64,000 nt of DNA from Chrysomallon squamiferum (Eukaryota > Animalia > Mollusca), in assembly GCA_012295275.1 (NCBI GenBank), contig CM022679.1, forward strand, positions 20,026,001-20,090,000. The letters run 5' to 3'. The notes under the pieces are model-generated. The model had not been told where the DNA came from. It did no database searches and saw only the letters and a program-made list of their open reading frames with translations. How positions within the stretch are numbered: position 1 is the first letter of the stretch; each line of letters starts with the position of its first letter. Shown one piece after another: positions 41,416-56,424 of this stretch. A program made the translations under genes and the position numbers.

Positions 41416-44400
41416 TTTTTAATTAAAACATATTTATATCTGACAAAACACAAAGTGGTTTGCAGGTCTCAAAATAAAGAATATACATTAACTGCCATCT
41501 GTACACATGAAACAGTAATCTAAACTATCAGAATAACATCATGAATACTACTAATAAAAAGAATAATGTCATCATATCATAATCCATAAAAATATAAACA
41601 TCTTTAATAACGTTCAGACACATTTTTAAACTAAACTATCTCACCACCATTTATTTAATTTTATTTTAGAACTTAAAGGTTTTTCCAAGACATGCAACAA
41701 GAATCATAATTATATTAATAAATAATTTCACCTGTATTTTTTTAAGAAAAATACATAATCTTGATTGTCTGCATCCTTATAATTATTATTTTGAATTAAT
41801 TTATTTACTTGAAGATAATAAAATAATTTAAGAATATAAAGATGACAAAGAAGTTTCACTGATAGAACATTCAACGAACAGAATATAGTTATGGTTTGTT
41901 GTCTTAACAATTCAAATTACCTCACAATATCTTATTATCAGTTAATTCAAAATTCCAAATAAGCAAATGTTAATGAATGTATAATAATTTAACACTTTTG
42001 CATTCATGCAAATGATAGTCCACATAAATGTATTATTTTATTTAACTCTGATTTTATGAAAAATAAACAATAAATTGAATTGCATATTTAAAAGAAATGT
42101 GAACTTGTTGAATATATTTGAGTTCCTTATATATTTCACGTTTAAACATTAAACAAATATTAATATACACATTTATGTACAGAGTCCCATTCTATTTGCT
42201 TAGAAAGAGAAATATACAAACTACATATATAAAAATCTTATTTATAAAATATAAAATATGTATAACTTTACATGTACACCTTCCAGTGAAATAGATAATT
42301 GGTGATTACATATTATCAGTTTACAGGCAATAAAAAATTAATACATATATATATATGTAATTTACTTTATATAGTAAATACACAAAACAAGCATTCATAG
42401 ACAGGTTTCAGAGCTGTTTTACTTTTTCATTATATATTTATTTTCCATTCAAAACAAATTTAAAACCGGTTTTAAATACTATAATTCAATTTCATAAGTT
42501 AAATCAAACACATTAACTTAAATATAAATACAAAATAACATTATGTAGCAAAAGATTATTAAACTTTTTAAAGCTGCAGATGTTACATTATCTGAGTAAC
42601 AATTCTGCAAACAGATGACATTTTTGAAAAAAACAAATCATACAGAATATAAATATTTTAATACGACTGTAAAACTGTAATTCTAATTATTATTTATTTC
42701 GGAGCTCCTATTTGCACACTGTTATACCTGTTTCTGTATTATTAAACTTTATTGTCTTAACAGTATTAAGAAGAAAAACTGAAAAGGCACGAACTATCCA
42801 ATGTGAAACCATGACAGCAAAAAACGTCATAAAACTAATTACCTTTCTTTTACTGGAGAAAATAATTCAGTCACAATAATTAGATTTAAAAATTTATTTC
42901 TTTTTAAAATTAATGTTATTTTTGATGCTGCTAAATATTCCACAGATCCTTTTTAGACAGAGAATTAAAGAATGCAAACAAATATTTCCAAACCCTCAAA
43001 TGACAACTTAAATATAAGTATAAAAAAATATAAATTTAAACCTTTATTGATAGAATGGACTAGCTGATTATTATAATTTATTATTATAATATTTTTTTGG
43101 AAGTAATAATAAAAGACATAATGTAAATAATAAAATATTCTCAATTCTTCCCTTGATGTTAAAAACAGAAGTAATTAATAATACAAATATACATAAAAAT
43201 GTCTTGTATAAGCAAAATTACAGAGTTGAAATGGAAAGAAATATAAATGAGTATGTCATCTAATTACATAAAAAAAATAAAAATTTAAAAGGTAAATTCT
43301 ATAAAACAATTGAAGAAATACAACAAAAAGCAAATACATATTTACAGAGAAAGTAGCACTAATTAATATATTTCTTAATTACTTGTAATGAGACAAATTA
43401 GAACAAAACCATAACAGTAAATAAACAAATCAAGTGAGTTATAAAAAGTTGATAACCGTCTTGTAAATAAGTTTGTAAAGCAGTACAAATTAAGACTGTA
43501 AGCCACTGGTTCAAATGAAGGTGTGATAGATCTCAAGGTCAGTTGTTTATTAATCTATTTCCACATTCCAGTCACAACCCCATTCTTGGTTTTCTAGACT
43601 CCAGGCAGATGCATTTAAATATCCCATTGTTAATAACTGATAATAGAACTAAAGTAATGCAACAAGTTTCCTCTTTTATAATCATCATCATGTAAGAAAT
43701 TAATAAATTATATTATACAACAGTTTATATATACACTTGAACACAATCTTCATTTATTCCTTCTAGCACTTGGCTGTATTTAGTTTAACGGATTTATCCT
43801 GTAATAAAATCTAATTTTACTATCTGTGTAAAACAGTTAAAAATGTTATTTATTACAAAGATCATTGAAGTAAATCATTTAAGTTACAGAATGTAAAAAA
43901 ATGAATTAAGTAGTTGAAATTATTTTACCACTAATGAATTACAAATTTTATGTATTCTCAACAAGTGATTTTTTAAATACTGTAAACTTAAATTTCTAAT
44001 TCAGTTATGCTTAAATTAATAATATATTTCATCTCAAGCAAAATAATGGTTCCAGAAGAACCCACAGGGAGACTACAAACAAAGTAATTATTTCTACATC
44101 TATCATTACACATTCACATAAAATGAAACATAGTTTGGTTTTAAAATAACAATATTTTATATATATACATCTTTCTATCACTGAAATCATTATGTGAATT
44201 AATATTCAAATTCTCAGCTGTTTTGAGTGTGTAGTATGCATATACTTTCATTTATAATATTATTTTTATATATGTTTCTTTTATATTAAAATATTAAAAG
44301 AATCTTATTCACTGCAGCTGGAAAGCTGTCTTGTATTAAACAGCAACTAATTATGTGATGGATGACAACATTTGCACTGAAACAATGCTCGTATTAAATT

Positions 44401-45538
44401 TTGTTTAAGGGAAAGATTTTTTTAGCCTGATATAAAATAAAAGTGTAATTATTTTTATCCTGATAATTAAATAAAATAATTGGAAAATGTAAATAAAACA
44501 AATTTAAAGAATCATTAAAAAACACATTTCTTGCTGTTCGAATTCACCTATGTCACTGAATAATGATGAATATTATATAACTCTGATAAGCAAAATCCTA
44601 CCACTGTGACATGCAAATGACAGCTGAACTGTATTGAGAAACATATGAATAAAAAGAAAAGATTTCAAGACTAAGAACATAAAAATATATAAACTGAACA
44701 GTTCATACAGTATATGGATATGAAGTAAAAATAACAGATAAAATTGAGATTCTTAAAAAAGAAAACCCCATCAAAACACAGAGATGTCAACAGACTGCAA
44801 AGGTCAGCACCATAATGATGATTATCTTTAAATTTCCATAATACAAATAAGTAAAATATATTTTCGATATACGAAAAAAGAAAAGAAGAATAAATATATA
44901 AAAGTAAATGAAAAAATGGAATCAGTCTTTTAACAAATGCAAATTAGTTGAAACAGCTCTGTTCAATCAATATTAAAATGGACTGACTAAAAAATTAATA
45001 ACCTGAGTTGTATTTACATAAATATTTATTTATTTGATGAAGAGCTGCACAAGTTTTGTTTTGCAAACATTAATAATCAATGGTTGTAGATTAAATCAAT
45101 TTTCAATATGCAATAATAGATTACTGGAATCATAGCATGTAAGTTCCAAAACCAAATAACATTTACTATGATAGATATTTAAGAGATAATTAAAATAAAT
45201 TATTATTTTACACAATTAAACTCAGCCTTGTTTGATTGTTCTTCTTTTATTTTCTTAAATAGCTCTATCATAATTATTTAGTTTTGTGTTTTTCTTTTTT
45301 AAATAATTATTTAAATATTTATGAAACAATTCACCTAAAGTTCAGTCAGAAGGTAACAGCTTATTCCTTAAAACTTGACTTGGGTGAACACATTTATAAA
45401 AGTAGAAAAAAACCAATTCAGCCAATATTTATTAAATCCAGGTGTAATTCATTTGGTCCCTAGCATTAAAAATATGATGAAGTAAGATTTTATTTTCTCT
45501 CCTGATAATGAATCATTGTAAGTTTTCAGTGGACGAAA

Positions 45539-45595
45539 TCAAACAGCAGACATGTCTTGCAAGGGAGACAACTCTTGTCTCCCAGCCGCCCGTCA
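45539..45595 (-). other. Candidate stop-codon readthrough element and 18-codon extension of the tetraspanin
   Basis: TGA-CGG context; hairpin GGGAGACAA-GAG-TTGTCTCCC (45583-45563) 9 nt downstream; open frame xRAAGRQELSPLQDMSAV* to TGA at 45541-45539. Confidence 0.6.
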
Positions 45596-48500
45596 ATAAT
45601 GCCATTTAGCTCTCTGTGCTTGTATATCACTGCGTAAATTCTGAGCAAAGCATATCCCCAAAATCTGAAAGACAAAATGATAAAACAAATCTTTTACATT
45701 TCAACATCTGGTGATGAAAAAAGTTGAAATTTTCTTAATCTTTGCTTTTTTCAGTGGGGAATTGCAGTCAAATATAGTGAACCAAATATTACTTCATGAC
45801 AAGTGAATCATGTAATTTACTTCACTGTCCATTATAACTGAATAGCTTACTGAAACATTTTATAGAATATTTGCTTAGAAATGGTAAATTATATTGGCAT
45901 TACCTTGTATTTACAGGTTAAGGTTATACGTATCATAAATATTACAAATAATTATCCTCTAACATAATTATTTTATTATGTAAAATAAAGCATGTCACTG
46001 AATGGTATGAAAAAATATATTAGTTTTTAATGTATTAAAATTTTAAGAAATTTAAAAAACCTGCTAATTTTCAGTATAATAATCAAATCTCTTACAAAAT
46101 GTAGTAAAAAGTGTCTTTTTAATTTTTTATATTGGTTCTCCTTAAATTATATTTCTAAAATGTGACAAAAATCAAAAATGCCCTAATTTGCTCAAGATTA
46201 ATATACTTAATATTTAAGTACCTGCAATAAAGCTATGCCAACAGCCACACCAGCCACTGGTATAAGATTGGACTCTAACCACTTTTCTCCAGCAGTCATA
46301 CAACCAATAACTTTTATTTTAGAGTTCCGATCTATTTCCTGATTTTTTAAAAATAAATTAATAAAAAAATTAATGTAAAAAAGAAGAAGAAGAAATATCA
46401 AATTAATATCAATAAGAATTTCTAACTATATATTAAAATAAAAACATTTTTATTTCATTTTCATCATAGATTTTCACTGAATTTACTATTAAATAGGATC
46501 ACCAAATATTTTTAAAATTAACATTTAATGCATTAATTATATCACAGAAAATTATTACAGTAGATTAATTAGCCAAAATATGACATATCCAGCCAATAAA
46601 AATTCAGAATGTTCTAATGTAAAAGTAGACTTTTATACAGGCTTTGTCATAATAAAACTTTGATTATCTTAAAAATCAACAAAAACCAAAAACAGATGTA
46701 AGCAAGGTTATCAGTAACTTCTCACTGAATTCACTTACATATATATAATCATACATTAAATCTGAGACCCCCACTCCAATAATATTTATACAAAACCAAC
46801 ACCCCACCTACCTCTGAATTATTAAACGTTAATGAAGAAAAATCAATCTTAATGATAAATATATATCACTATCAAAAAAAAAAAAAAAAATTAATTTTGG
46901 AGCTAATATTTCTTTCTTTTCTTGTTTGTTTTTCTCTGCTCTTTGGTTATAAATTTCAGTAATCATTAGAACCTTTTACTAATATTAATATATTACTGCT
47001 AGATGAATTTCACAAATAAAAATTATTTCAATTAATTGAGTATTACTTTCTGCCTGGAATATATTAACTGTGATCAGAAAATAATCAGAAAGGAAAGCCT
47101 TATTAAACTGAACTGGTTGGTACTGGTGTAATTCAAAACCAGAGTGCAGCACTGAAAGTACAAACTGGCCAACAACTTAAGAAAACTGCTCTTCAAAATA
47201 CAGGTTTGATACTGGTTGTAAAAACAAAGGCAACAGCCTAAGGACTGAACAGGAAAACAGTCTGCTCCTACCAAAAATGTTAAAAGCTGCTTTTGTTTTT
47301 CCCACTAATCTTTTAATTTACAAACTTCAGTCTTCTGGACAAATAATCTAAAACATTCAGTACAGGAAAGTATCATTTTGAAAGGGTTATTGACTGATTA
47401 AAAAAGTAGTAGTAATAATAATAATAAAGTCAGTGTCCTAGTTTATTTCATCTATGCATTCATTAGAGAATTTGAAAGTTACAAATCATGTCTGCAGTAA
47501 TCAGTGATAAAAAATATTCCTTATTTCTTTTTAACAACAAATCACTGTCAACTTACATTTGAAACTTTCATCATACCAAAGCCGCACTGGGTGTTGATAA
47601 TTGTATTCTGAAAAAGAAAAAGAAAAAACCAAACTAAAAAAACCCAAAACATCAGTATATTTATATATATTATATCGAATATTAAAAACCAAAAAGAAAC
47701 ACTAGCAACCAACAAATGCAAAATTAAAAATAAGATTATAGGAGAATAATATGGGTAATAAGAAAACATTTTTAATAATTCACTGTTTGTAATTAATAAA
47801 AATTCTTATATATTTTACTTCAAATAATTTCAACAAAATTAATTATTGATCATAAAAGCTAATTTTAAATTAAAGAAAATAATCTGTCATTTACATTTGT
47901 TGCAGTAGACAAAAAATAAAGAAAAAGATTTAAATTTTTCAATTACTTATATTTTATCATTCACTCACTAAAATGTAAACCTCCACATAAACATTTTCTT
48001 TTCACTTAAAATGTACTAACACTTGTTCACTCAAACATAAAGAAACTGATTCACATTAAAAAGAATGACATGTTCAAATAAAAATGCCCACACACAAGCC
48101 AACCAGTCATACCCCTTTATGTTTGCAGCATGAAAAGGGCACACCACATGCTTCAACCCCTGGAGATGAACAGTTGAAGTACATGTTGAATTCCCAGTCT
48201 GTGAAACTGTGTATACCACAGCACTGAAGCTAAAATTGAAAAAAATATATATATAAAATAAAAAAATAATAATAAAAAATAAATAAATAAATAAATAAAC
48301 AACAACAAAAACAACAATAAACTTAATTATTTATGACTTTTTGTTACCAAGACCCATCCTATGCCATCCCAGTTTTCAAGTTGGATATATCTTTACCAGG
48401 CAAAGCCATGGAAAACATCACAAAACTGTAACTGTGTACAAGGACAAACTACTAACTAATTAAAACTTGAAAATATTAATTACTTGCTATATCAGATATT

Positions 48501-51500
48501 AATTAAAATTCTTCATTGAATTTTTTTTTTTTTATAATTTTTTAATTTTTCAGAGTATATTAATGTGGAATTAATCCATTTCTCATTCTTTATTCAAGAA
48601 GGTTCTGAAAATTGAGAACACTACATAAAATGTAAAAATCAAAATAATAATTTATATTTTAATAACTGCAAAAATGTTAGACAAATATCTATTTGGCACT
48701 AATCAAAAGAGGTAAAATGGTATAATCATTCAAATTAAGTAACATTTCAGTATATGTATCTGTACATTATTTACCCAGTCTTGTTGCACCCAGTCAATGA
48801 GATTCTGCAAGTCGGCATCCTCTCTGTACTGTACAATCATATTTGTAACCTGACTCTGTATCTGTTCCTTGACCTAGTGTAGAGAAAAATAAAAACATAA
48901 TATAAATTTGATAAATTCAGTTAACAAAAATACATAAATATAAAAAAGGAAAAATAAAATAAAATAAAATAAAATAAAATAAAATAAAATTAAATTAAAT
49001 TAAATTAAATTAAATTAAATTAAATTAAATTAAATTAAAAAACAACATTTCATATCTGAATGAAATACATAAATAAACCATACACATTTTAATTCTTATA
49101 ATTCAGAAATGATTCAGATGCAATGTATATCTCAAATTCTTAAGTTTTATTTACTGGTACTTGAAACATGGTGTGACCAGCTTGGTTTGTACAAACATGT
49201 TCAAAGTCATTATTCATTTCCTTACTCATTTCCTGAGTATGTTGCAAACTGGTGAAAGCAAATAATTATACAAACAAGTGAAAACATTCATTTATATACA
49301 CACTCATACTTATCTGTACATACAGCACAAGTCATTATTCACAAACCTGTCCACCTACACAGCTTCTCTCTTTACACACATATTTACCTTCCCAACACTT
49401 CCCAGTAAGTATGTTTATGCATTTCAGATATATATTCATGGTTAAAACTCACCCAGTCTTTATAGACAAATCCAAGAATTCCAAGTAAAAGCTCAAGGAA
49501 GAAAATCAGTCCCACAGCCACCATAAACTACAACATAAACAACCAGAAATTAATATTAAAACATTTTCACATGTTTAATTCTTTTTAGTTATGTCAGCAC
49601 GTTAAAAGATAACAAAAAATGCTAGTATATATAGACTTACAGGTTACATTTATAATAAAAATAATATGTTAATAAGATTTAAAATGAACACTTTAATTAA
49701 CAAATAAATAAATAAATAAATAAATAAGGCATCAGTTACTGTTTTTTATTAAACAGATGAAGACAACCTTATATGTAACTAAAATACATAGATTATGCAA
49801 AACTATTAATAAGAAGCTTAGAGAAAATAAAAATTTAAATTTTTCGTGCATTTTTGGGGGTTTTTAGCTTTTAAGTTATTTAACACTACTCAGTCCACTG
49901 CATAAAAAAAAAAAAAATTAACAAATTTTTTTATTGTAATATATTTAAACTGTTTTTAGTAAGGATTGCACTAAAGTGAATAAAGTTTTTTAAACATTTT
50001 TTTAGTTATTGTGGTGGAATTTACTTACAGGTGGAAGACTCAAATAATTTTAACTGTGTTGTATATTTTTTGAGCTGATGTTATCATTTACTTAATGTTA
50101 TAACAACAATAAAGGAAAAAAAGAAAAACAGACAGGTAAAGAAAAAAAAGAAAAAAAACAACAACAACAGTAACCATTTTGTTTTTAAAGTTTAAATTAA
50201 CTTTAAATTGACATACTGTAAGAACACAACAGTATTCTACACATTTCTGTGCCTCCTTATTACATCTGAAAATGGTGAAAGACTTTTCCTTTCCAGACAT
50301 CATTGAAATGTCATAGATTATCAGATTATCAAGTATTAAAACAAGTCCTATTGCTGTTCTCTATGCCAGAAATAAAACTTACTGTCAATAAAAATGTTTG
50401 AATAAGCTCTTTGGCAATCAATAAAACAACACTGGGTAACCTAATTATAATGCAGTTCAAACTCTTTAATATTTTCAGACCTAACAATTTCTTCTACTAT
50501 ATATATATATTTTTTTTAATTCTTCAGAACTGTTAACATGTATTAAAAACCAAAAGCAGAAAAAAATGACTATAAGCTGTTAATTTACTTAAATTATAAA
50601 TTGTTTAAATTATTATTTTTCAAATCATTAATTACATTGTCAGTTTAACAAAATAAAACAAACACAATAAAACAAAATATAGCAAAGTTAAAGTAAGTAA
50701 CGTTGAATGTTGGTCTGAAGAATTTATAGAAAGAGAGAAATCTTTTTTACTAGCCATTATACTTAATTTTAAAACATTTTGAACAAGTGTATTATATAAT
50801 GTTTCTATACTAAACAAAGACTACATGAAAGTGTCTACTCTGGTCTCATACACTGTACAAGGTTTACTGTTGTGGGATTAGTTTTAGCATTTGTCTTTCA
50901 AAATACCAAACTTATTTTCTGGCCAGGAATCAAAGTTGTCACTGGATGACATCCAGGACAGAAACTCTGAAAAGGTCACTTTGATGTTATTGATAGCTAT
51001 ATGTTTAGAAAACTTTGGAATGTTCCAGAAACCCATAAAATAAAATACAATTGTTCAGTCTGTTTGAGCAAACAATGACTGAAAAATTAAAGTAATTCAC
51101 AGGAATCATATTACACGAGTTACAACAGTAATAACTAGCACAAATTTTATTCTTTTTCTTTTGTTTCATGATAAGCAACAAAAGTAACAATTCAATGATT
51201 ATATCAGCATGTCCTTCAAAAATCTTAATTACCTTTATTACCACATGTGTGTGTGTGTGTGTTAAAAATTATATATTTGTGTAATATATTTTAAATAACA
51301 TGCTTATGTTTAAATTATGCAGCATTTTAAATATGTGTGAAACCCTACTTGCTTTTGCAAAAGAATAAAAAATTATAATTTTAAAATAATTTCTCAGTGT
51401 TGTGGCCATCTTCAGATGTTATAATAATATGAAAATAAAAAATAGTGTTACTATTAGTAGTCTGTAAAGGAATATTAAAGAATACTTAAGTTGTACATAC

Positions 51501-51790
51501 AAAAAGCAGTAAATATGTGTTTTCCCTGAGAGATCCAATGCAGCCAGTGAATCCAATGATGAACATAATTCCTCCAGTAAGAATGAACAACAGAGCTGGG
51601 TCCAGGGCAATGTTGGTCAGTTTGCTGATGTTGGCAAACATATCCTTTTCTTTCCATGCCCAAATACCTATGCAGAAAAGTGAGCCACCAACGATCTGCA
51701 AAACAAACAAAACAAAAATCTTAATATATTTACTCCATGAAATGTAGTTTTTCCCATTTATGAACTTTTCAGATGATCTCTTCAGTAGCA

Positions 51791-51878
<88 letters not shown>

Positions 51879-54800
51879 CATGGTTACTGTCTTAAAATAT
51901 CAATTTTATCCTGCAAAGTTGAGAACACTGAGCTGCATATGACATTTGACTTGAGTAACCAGTTATTTCTTTTATCCTGTAATTCTAAATATTACAAAAA
52001 CTAAATGAAATTAACTGTTTAGTTCATCAACTCACCTCTCTCTAGAAGGAGAAGATTCAAGAATACTGATTTCATTTTTACCTACAGACCTATGTTCTTA
52101 AATAACAACAATTTATTTGTTATATTGTAAATGAAAATGGTTTTCAAAATGGACTTTCAAGATATAACTTTAATTTATGTATCTTTAATTTCTTTTCACC
52201 AGCCATACACATGTATTTAAACTTTAAGTATACATACCAGCACATGAATGTGTTTGTGTTTTTATATATAAATATATATATATGTAGAAAAACTGAAGAT
52301 TTTGTTATTATTCAGTATTTTGTAAGTTTCAGGAAGCAAACATTGCATCTGATAGATTAGTTTTGAAAATAATGTGTATATATGGCCTTTGTATTCAATT
52401 GTGGTTTTGTTCTTTTTAGATAAGTACTATTTTTTTTTCACACATTAGTGAAAAGAAAGGATTAACATAATTTATAATTTACATTATGGGACACTGTGAA
52501 TCTGATAAGCTGTTTAATATCATTTTGTTAATCTTGTCTAAGGGTATATATTTAAGATTGTATTAAGGCACATCATTCCAGTTTAATGATTTTTTATTAT
52601 GTTAAAAAAAAAAAAAAGGTATTTTTATTTTTATAATTATGTTTTATAACATATATAGATATATATATTTAATTTGAACTTAAAATCAGATGAAAGGATT
52701 TTATCATTTAAAGTAACACAATGTTTTTTAATTTTTCATCATAAAATATATTAAAAATTATATTTAAACCAAACAAATTTATTGAATTTAAATTATGTAT
52801 TTGGTGAAAAGGTTCAAATCTACACATTTTTAAAATCAATAACATATTTCATTGGTTAATCTCATACATTTATATTTAAAATTGAATGACAATTCATAAT
52901 TTTGTATAGGTGTGTGTGTGTGTGTGTGTGTGTAATAAACATTTGGTTTAAGTATAATTATTAATAGTCTTTCCTTATTTCCAAATTTTACATGATAAGT
53001 ATTCAAATATTTTGTTCAAATTATTAATACTGTGTTTAATATCTACATTTAACTAGTATTTCTGTTATTTAAAACAGTCTGTTCGAGATTATTATATTAT
53101 TATTTTAATGATTTAATGAAGCTTTGGTTTGTGCCAAGCAAAACAGATTGGATCTTAAAGCTGGCCCAGGTGTATGTCACCTATCAAGTTGGTCCTTGTT
53201 TATTAATATGTTGCTTAGTTGAGAAAATAGAGAAAAACAAGCAGTCCATAGGGCATTGCCCTAAGTACTTTTATTTACTATGATGTGAATTCCTAATCCT
53301 ATAACAAATATTAAAGAACAAAAGTAAAGCTCAAAGTATTTTGCTGACAAGGTATAAGAACTTTTTATACAGTATAATGTGAATTTATAATAAAAGTAAA
53401 CAAACAAAAACAATGATCAACATATCCTGTTGACATGGTATTGGTTTATTAATTATATAGCATAATGTTAATAATAAATGTAAATGAACAAAAGTAATGC
53501 TCAAAGTATTTGGTTGATACATTTTGAATCAATACCAACTACAAAGACACAGACATCAGTTTTATAAATAATTTACTTTTATTCATGGAGACAATGATCC
53601 TTTGTATTCCAACATGCATTTTAGATGTTTATAAATTTTCAGGGCAATACTATTATAGAACAATTATCTTAATATGTTTGCCAATGTCAGTTTTGAAAGC
53701 TGGCCAAAAAAAATGTATTAAAGAAAATATATGATGTTACATTCAAAAAGCCAATGTGTATTTGGCCCTGTTTTATTCACTTTTGATTACAAATGTTTCA
53801 AAATGATAAAACTCGCCTGAGAAGAAGAAAAAGGCAAATATTTCCTTTTCTACTATGATATCATAGAGAAATTTAAAAAGGATTTCTGTTCACCTAAGGT
53901 TATTGCAAATTTGCAATCATTTACTTTATTAAACAATTAAAAAAAAAAAAAAAATTTAAATGAATTATTGTATAAAATGATAAAATGAAGAAATAGGGAC
54001 CTATATTATATTGCTATACTTCATTGTTAACAAAGGCTGGTGCTTTGATAATAACTAATTGAATGGAAGTATATGAAAAGAGCAACTATAAAAAAATAAT
54101 AATACAAAAATCTAGCTATCCAACAAGCTTAATATTAACTCTGTAATATGAGAGTTGTGTTTTCAACATCATGTAAACATCTTGTAAACATTCATTACTG
54201 TAACGGAATCAATTTGACAGGTGATTAAAAACAAGACAGAAATGTATGACAAGAAAATGACAAAAACTGAACATAAAATGTAGTGAATGGTTGAGCTTTT
54301 GTTATTGTTAGTTACTGCTTAATCATAGTAAGAAAAAATGTTAAAAGACACAAAAAATATGTTTAATTACATATAATTTTTGTTTTTTAAATTTAAAGAA
54401 ATAAAATGAAACTAATAATAACAAAAATATGGAAAAAAGGATATACATTTTTTTGTTATTATTTGTTGTTTTTTTAATTAAAGTGCAAAATAACAAGATA
54501 TTTATATTTTAGAAATTAATGTTGAAACATTTAGCTGTTTCTTTTCTTTTCTAAAAAATAAACTGAAAAATAACAAATTATCTAAATTTCAGAAATTAAT
54601 ACTGAAACATTTAGAAGCTTTTTATTTTTGCTTTTTCTTTTTTTTTTTTAAATTATTATAATTTTTTTTAAAGCATACTGTATTTTATTATTCATTAGGT
54701 AATTACCATATTAGTAATCCTTTTGAAAATATTAGAAACACTGTAAATATATTTTACCAATGAAGAAAGTAAGACAAATTACAATCTATTCAACGACAGA

Positions 54801-56424
54801 ATAAGAAACTGGCACTTAGTCACTGATGATGACTAATTGTGAATACTGCATCATGCTTAGCTTGACAAAAAGATATTTGTCATCATCGTAACAATTTTTT
54901 TTCCCTAATAAATAAAATAATATTGGAAGCTTTTATTGTCAGTATTTTTAATTAAATATTTTTTTCTTGTATATGTGTGTTTTTACAGTGGATAATTTTT
55001 TCTCTGCTTTATTTATTTATTTATTTATTTATTTGGTACCTCCAGTTGCCAGAAAAGACAAATAAACTAAAATAATAAAAAATTCCTCTTGGTGTATTTT
55101 TCTAATCAGTTTAAACTGATTACTTTATTTATTGGAGGTCATTAACAATTAAACACTGGCTGACTGCTCTGAGATGTAATGAACCCTAGACTTTGACTGA
55201 TATGATATTTTTGTAATGCATGTTTATTTATAAAATCTTCTTATTACCGTAACAATTCAAAAGAACAATAACAAAAAGTCCAAATGTAATTAAAGCAGTA
55301 CAATAAATGTAAATATATATTATTAAGATCTATAACATTATTATTTTTTTAATAATATAATTAATAGTGGTATATAACTATATGTCAAAAGAAATTAGAA
55401 TCCAGATTAATCACTGTGATTAGAACAGTATGTAAATAAGACAAAAGTAATGAATTTCAAAACTAATCTGCATAATTCAACTTAGTTGTTATTTGTTATT
55501 ATTATTATTATTATTATTGTTTTTAATATCACAACACATGGTATTTGATGATTATGGTATAATAAAAAAACATTTCTTTGTTCCTATATGACCTGAGTTG
55601 CTGAATAACATTAACAGAATAATGTACCATAAACCAATCTGTTTTATCAACCTTAAACAAATAATTCTGAAATTAGTATTTAAGTTAAAGAATAAACTAA
55701 ATTTAAATAAATAAATAATTTATTTTAAAAATTATAAAAAGGAACATGACTTCAAACAAAAATAACTTTTTATTATTTCAGCATTCAGTTTTAAAGATGT
55801 CTTGGATTAATAAGAGTAATAATACTAAAAATACATTTTTATAAGTTTACTCTTCATGTATCTTATATTTAATTTGCAAAAAAAAAAAAAAAAAAAAGAA
55901 AGAAAGAAAGAAAATTTACTAAAAAAGAAAAATTACCCAAAATTAAGCTACGAGTAACTTACTCAGTAAGGAGGACAATTCCAGTTATTATTATTATTTA
56001 ATTCATTCATTCATTATCTATTTAAATTGCTTTGTACTAAATGTTTAACTTTCCTATATCAAATCTTGAAATCAGAATAACGTACTAAGATACTTGTAAA
56101 GTAATAACTATGTTAGAATGTTACTATCGTCTAAGATAATCATAATGATAATGTAACATTCGACTCATTACATTGTATAACATTAACAACGTTAGCTATT
56201 TCTCTTTCATCTTCTGCCAGATCAGAAATTGATTTATAATAAATAAATAATAATCAAATAAATTCCGAATAAGTTGTTATATTATAAAATCTACAGTACA
56301 AAATTACAGCGATATTATTTAAAATATAAATCTGACTTGCCCAAAAGAGAACGTTGAAAGCAAACATCAAATATTTGATGCAGCAGCTCACTTCGGTGAT
56401 AGTTCGTCTTCGCCTCATCGGCAT
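45593..56424 (-). CDS. TSPAN5: Tetraspanin of the TspanC8 subfamily (TSPAN5/17-like, ADAM10 partner family), 269 aa, 8 exons
   Basis: Exons 56424-56341 ([28 protein letters not shown]), 51695-51501, 49527-49453, 48873-48775, 48229-48113, 47607-47557, 46338-46222, 45664-45593; all phase 0. Motifs [43 protein letters not shown]. Exact paralogue assignment uncertain. Confidence 0.9.
48951..49039. repeat. Compound (AAAAT)n(TAAAT)n pentanucleotide repeat
   Basis: Direct reading. Confidence 0.9.
51791..51876. repeat. (TA)n(GA)n microsatellite
   Basis: Direct reading. Confidence 0.95.

Noticed and set aside
45593-45595. Selenocysteine codon
   Set aside because: It coincides with the normal tetraspanin C-terminus and I saw no SECIS by eye. 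A SECISearch run on the 3' UTR would settle it.
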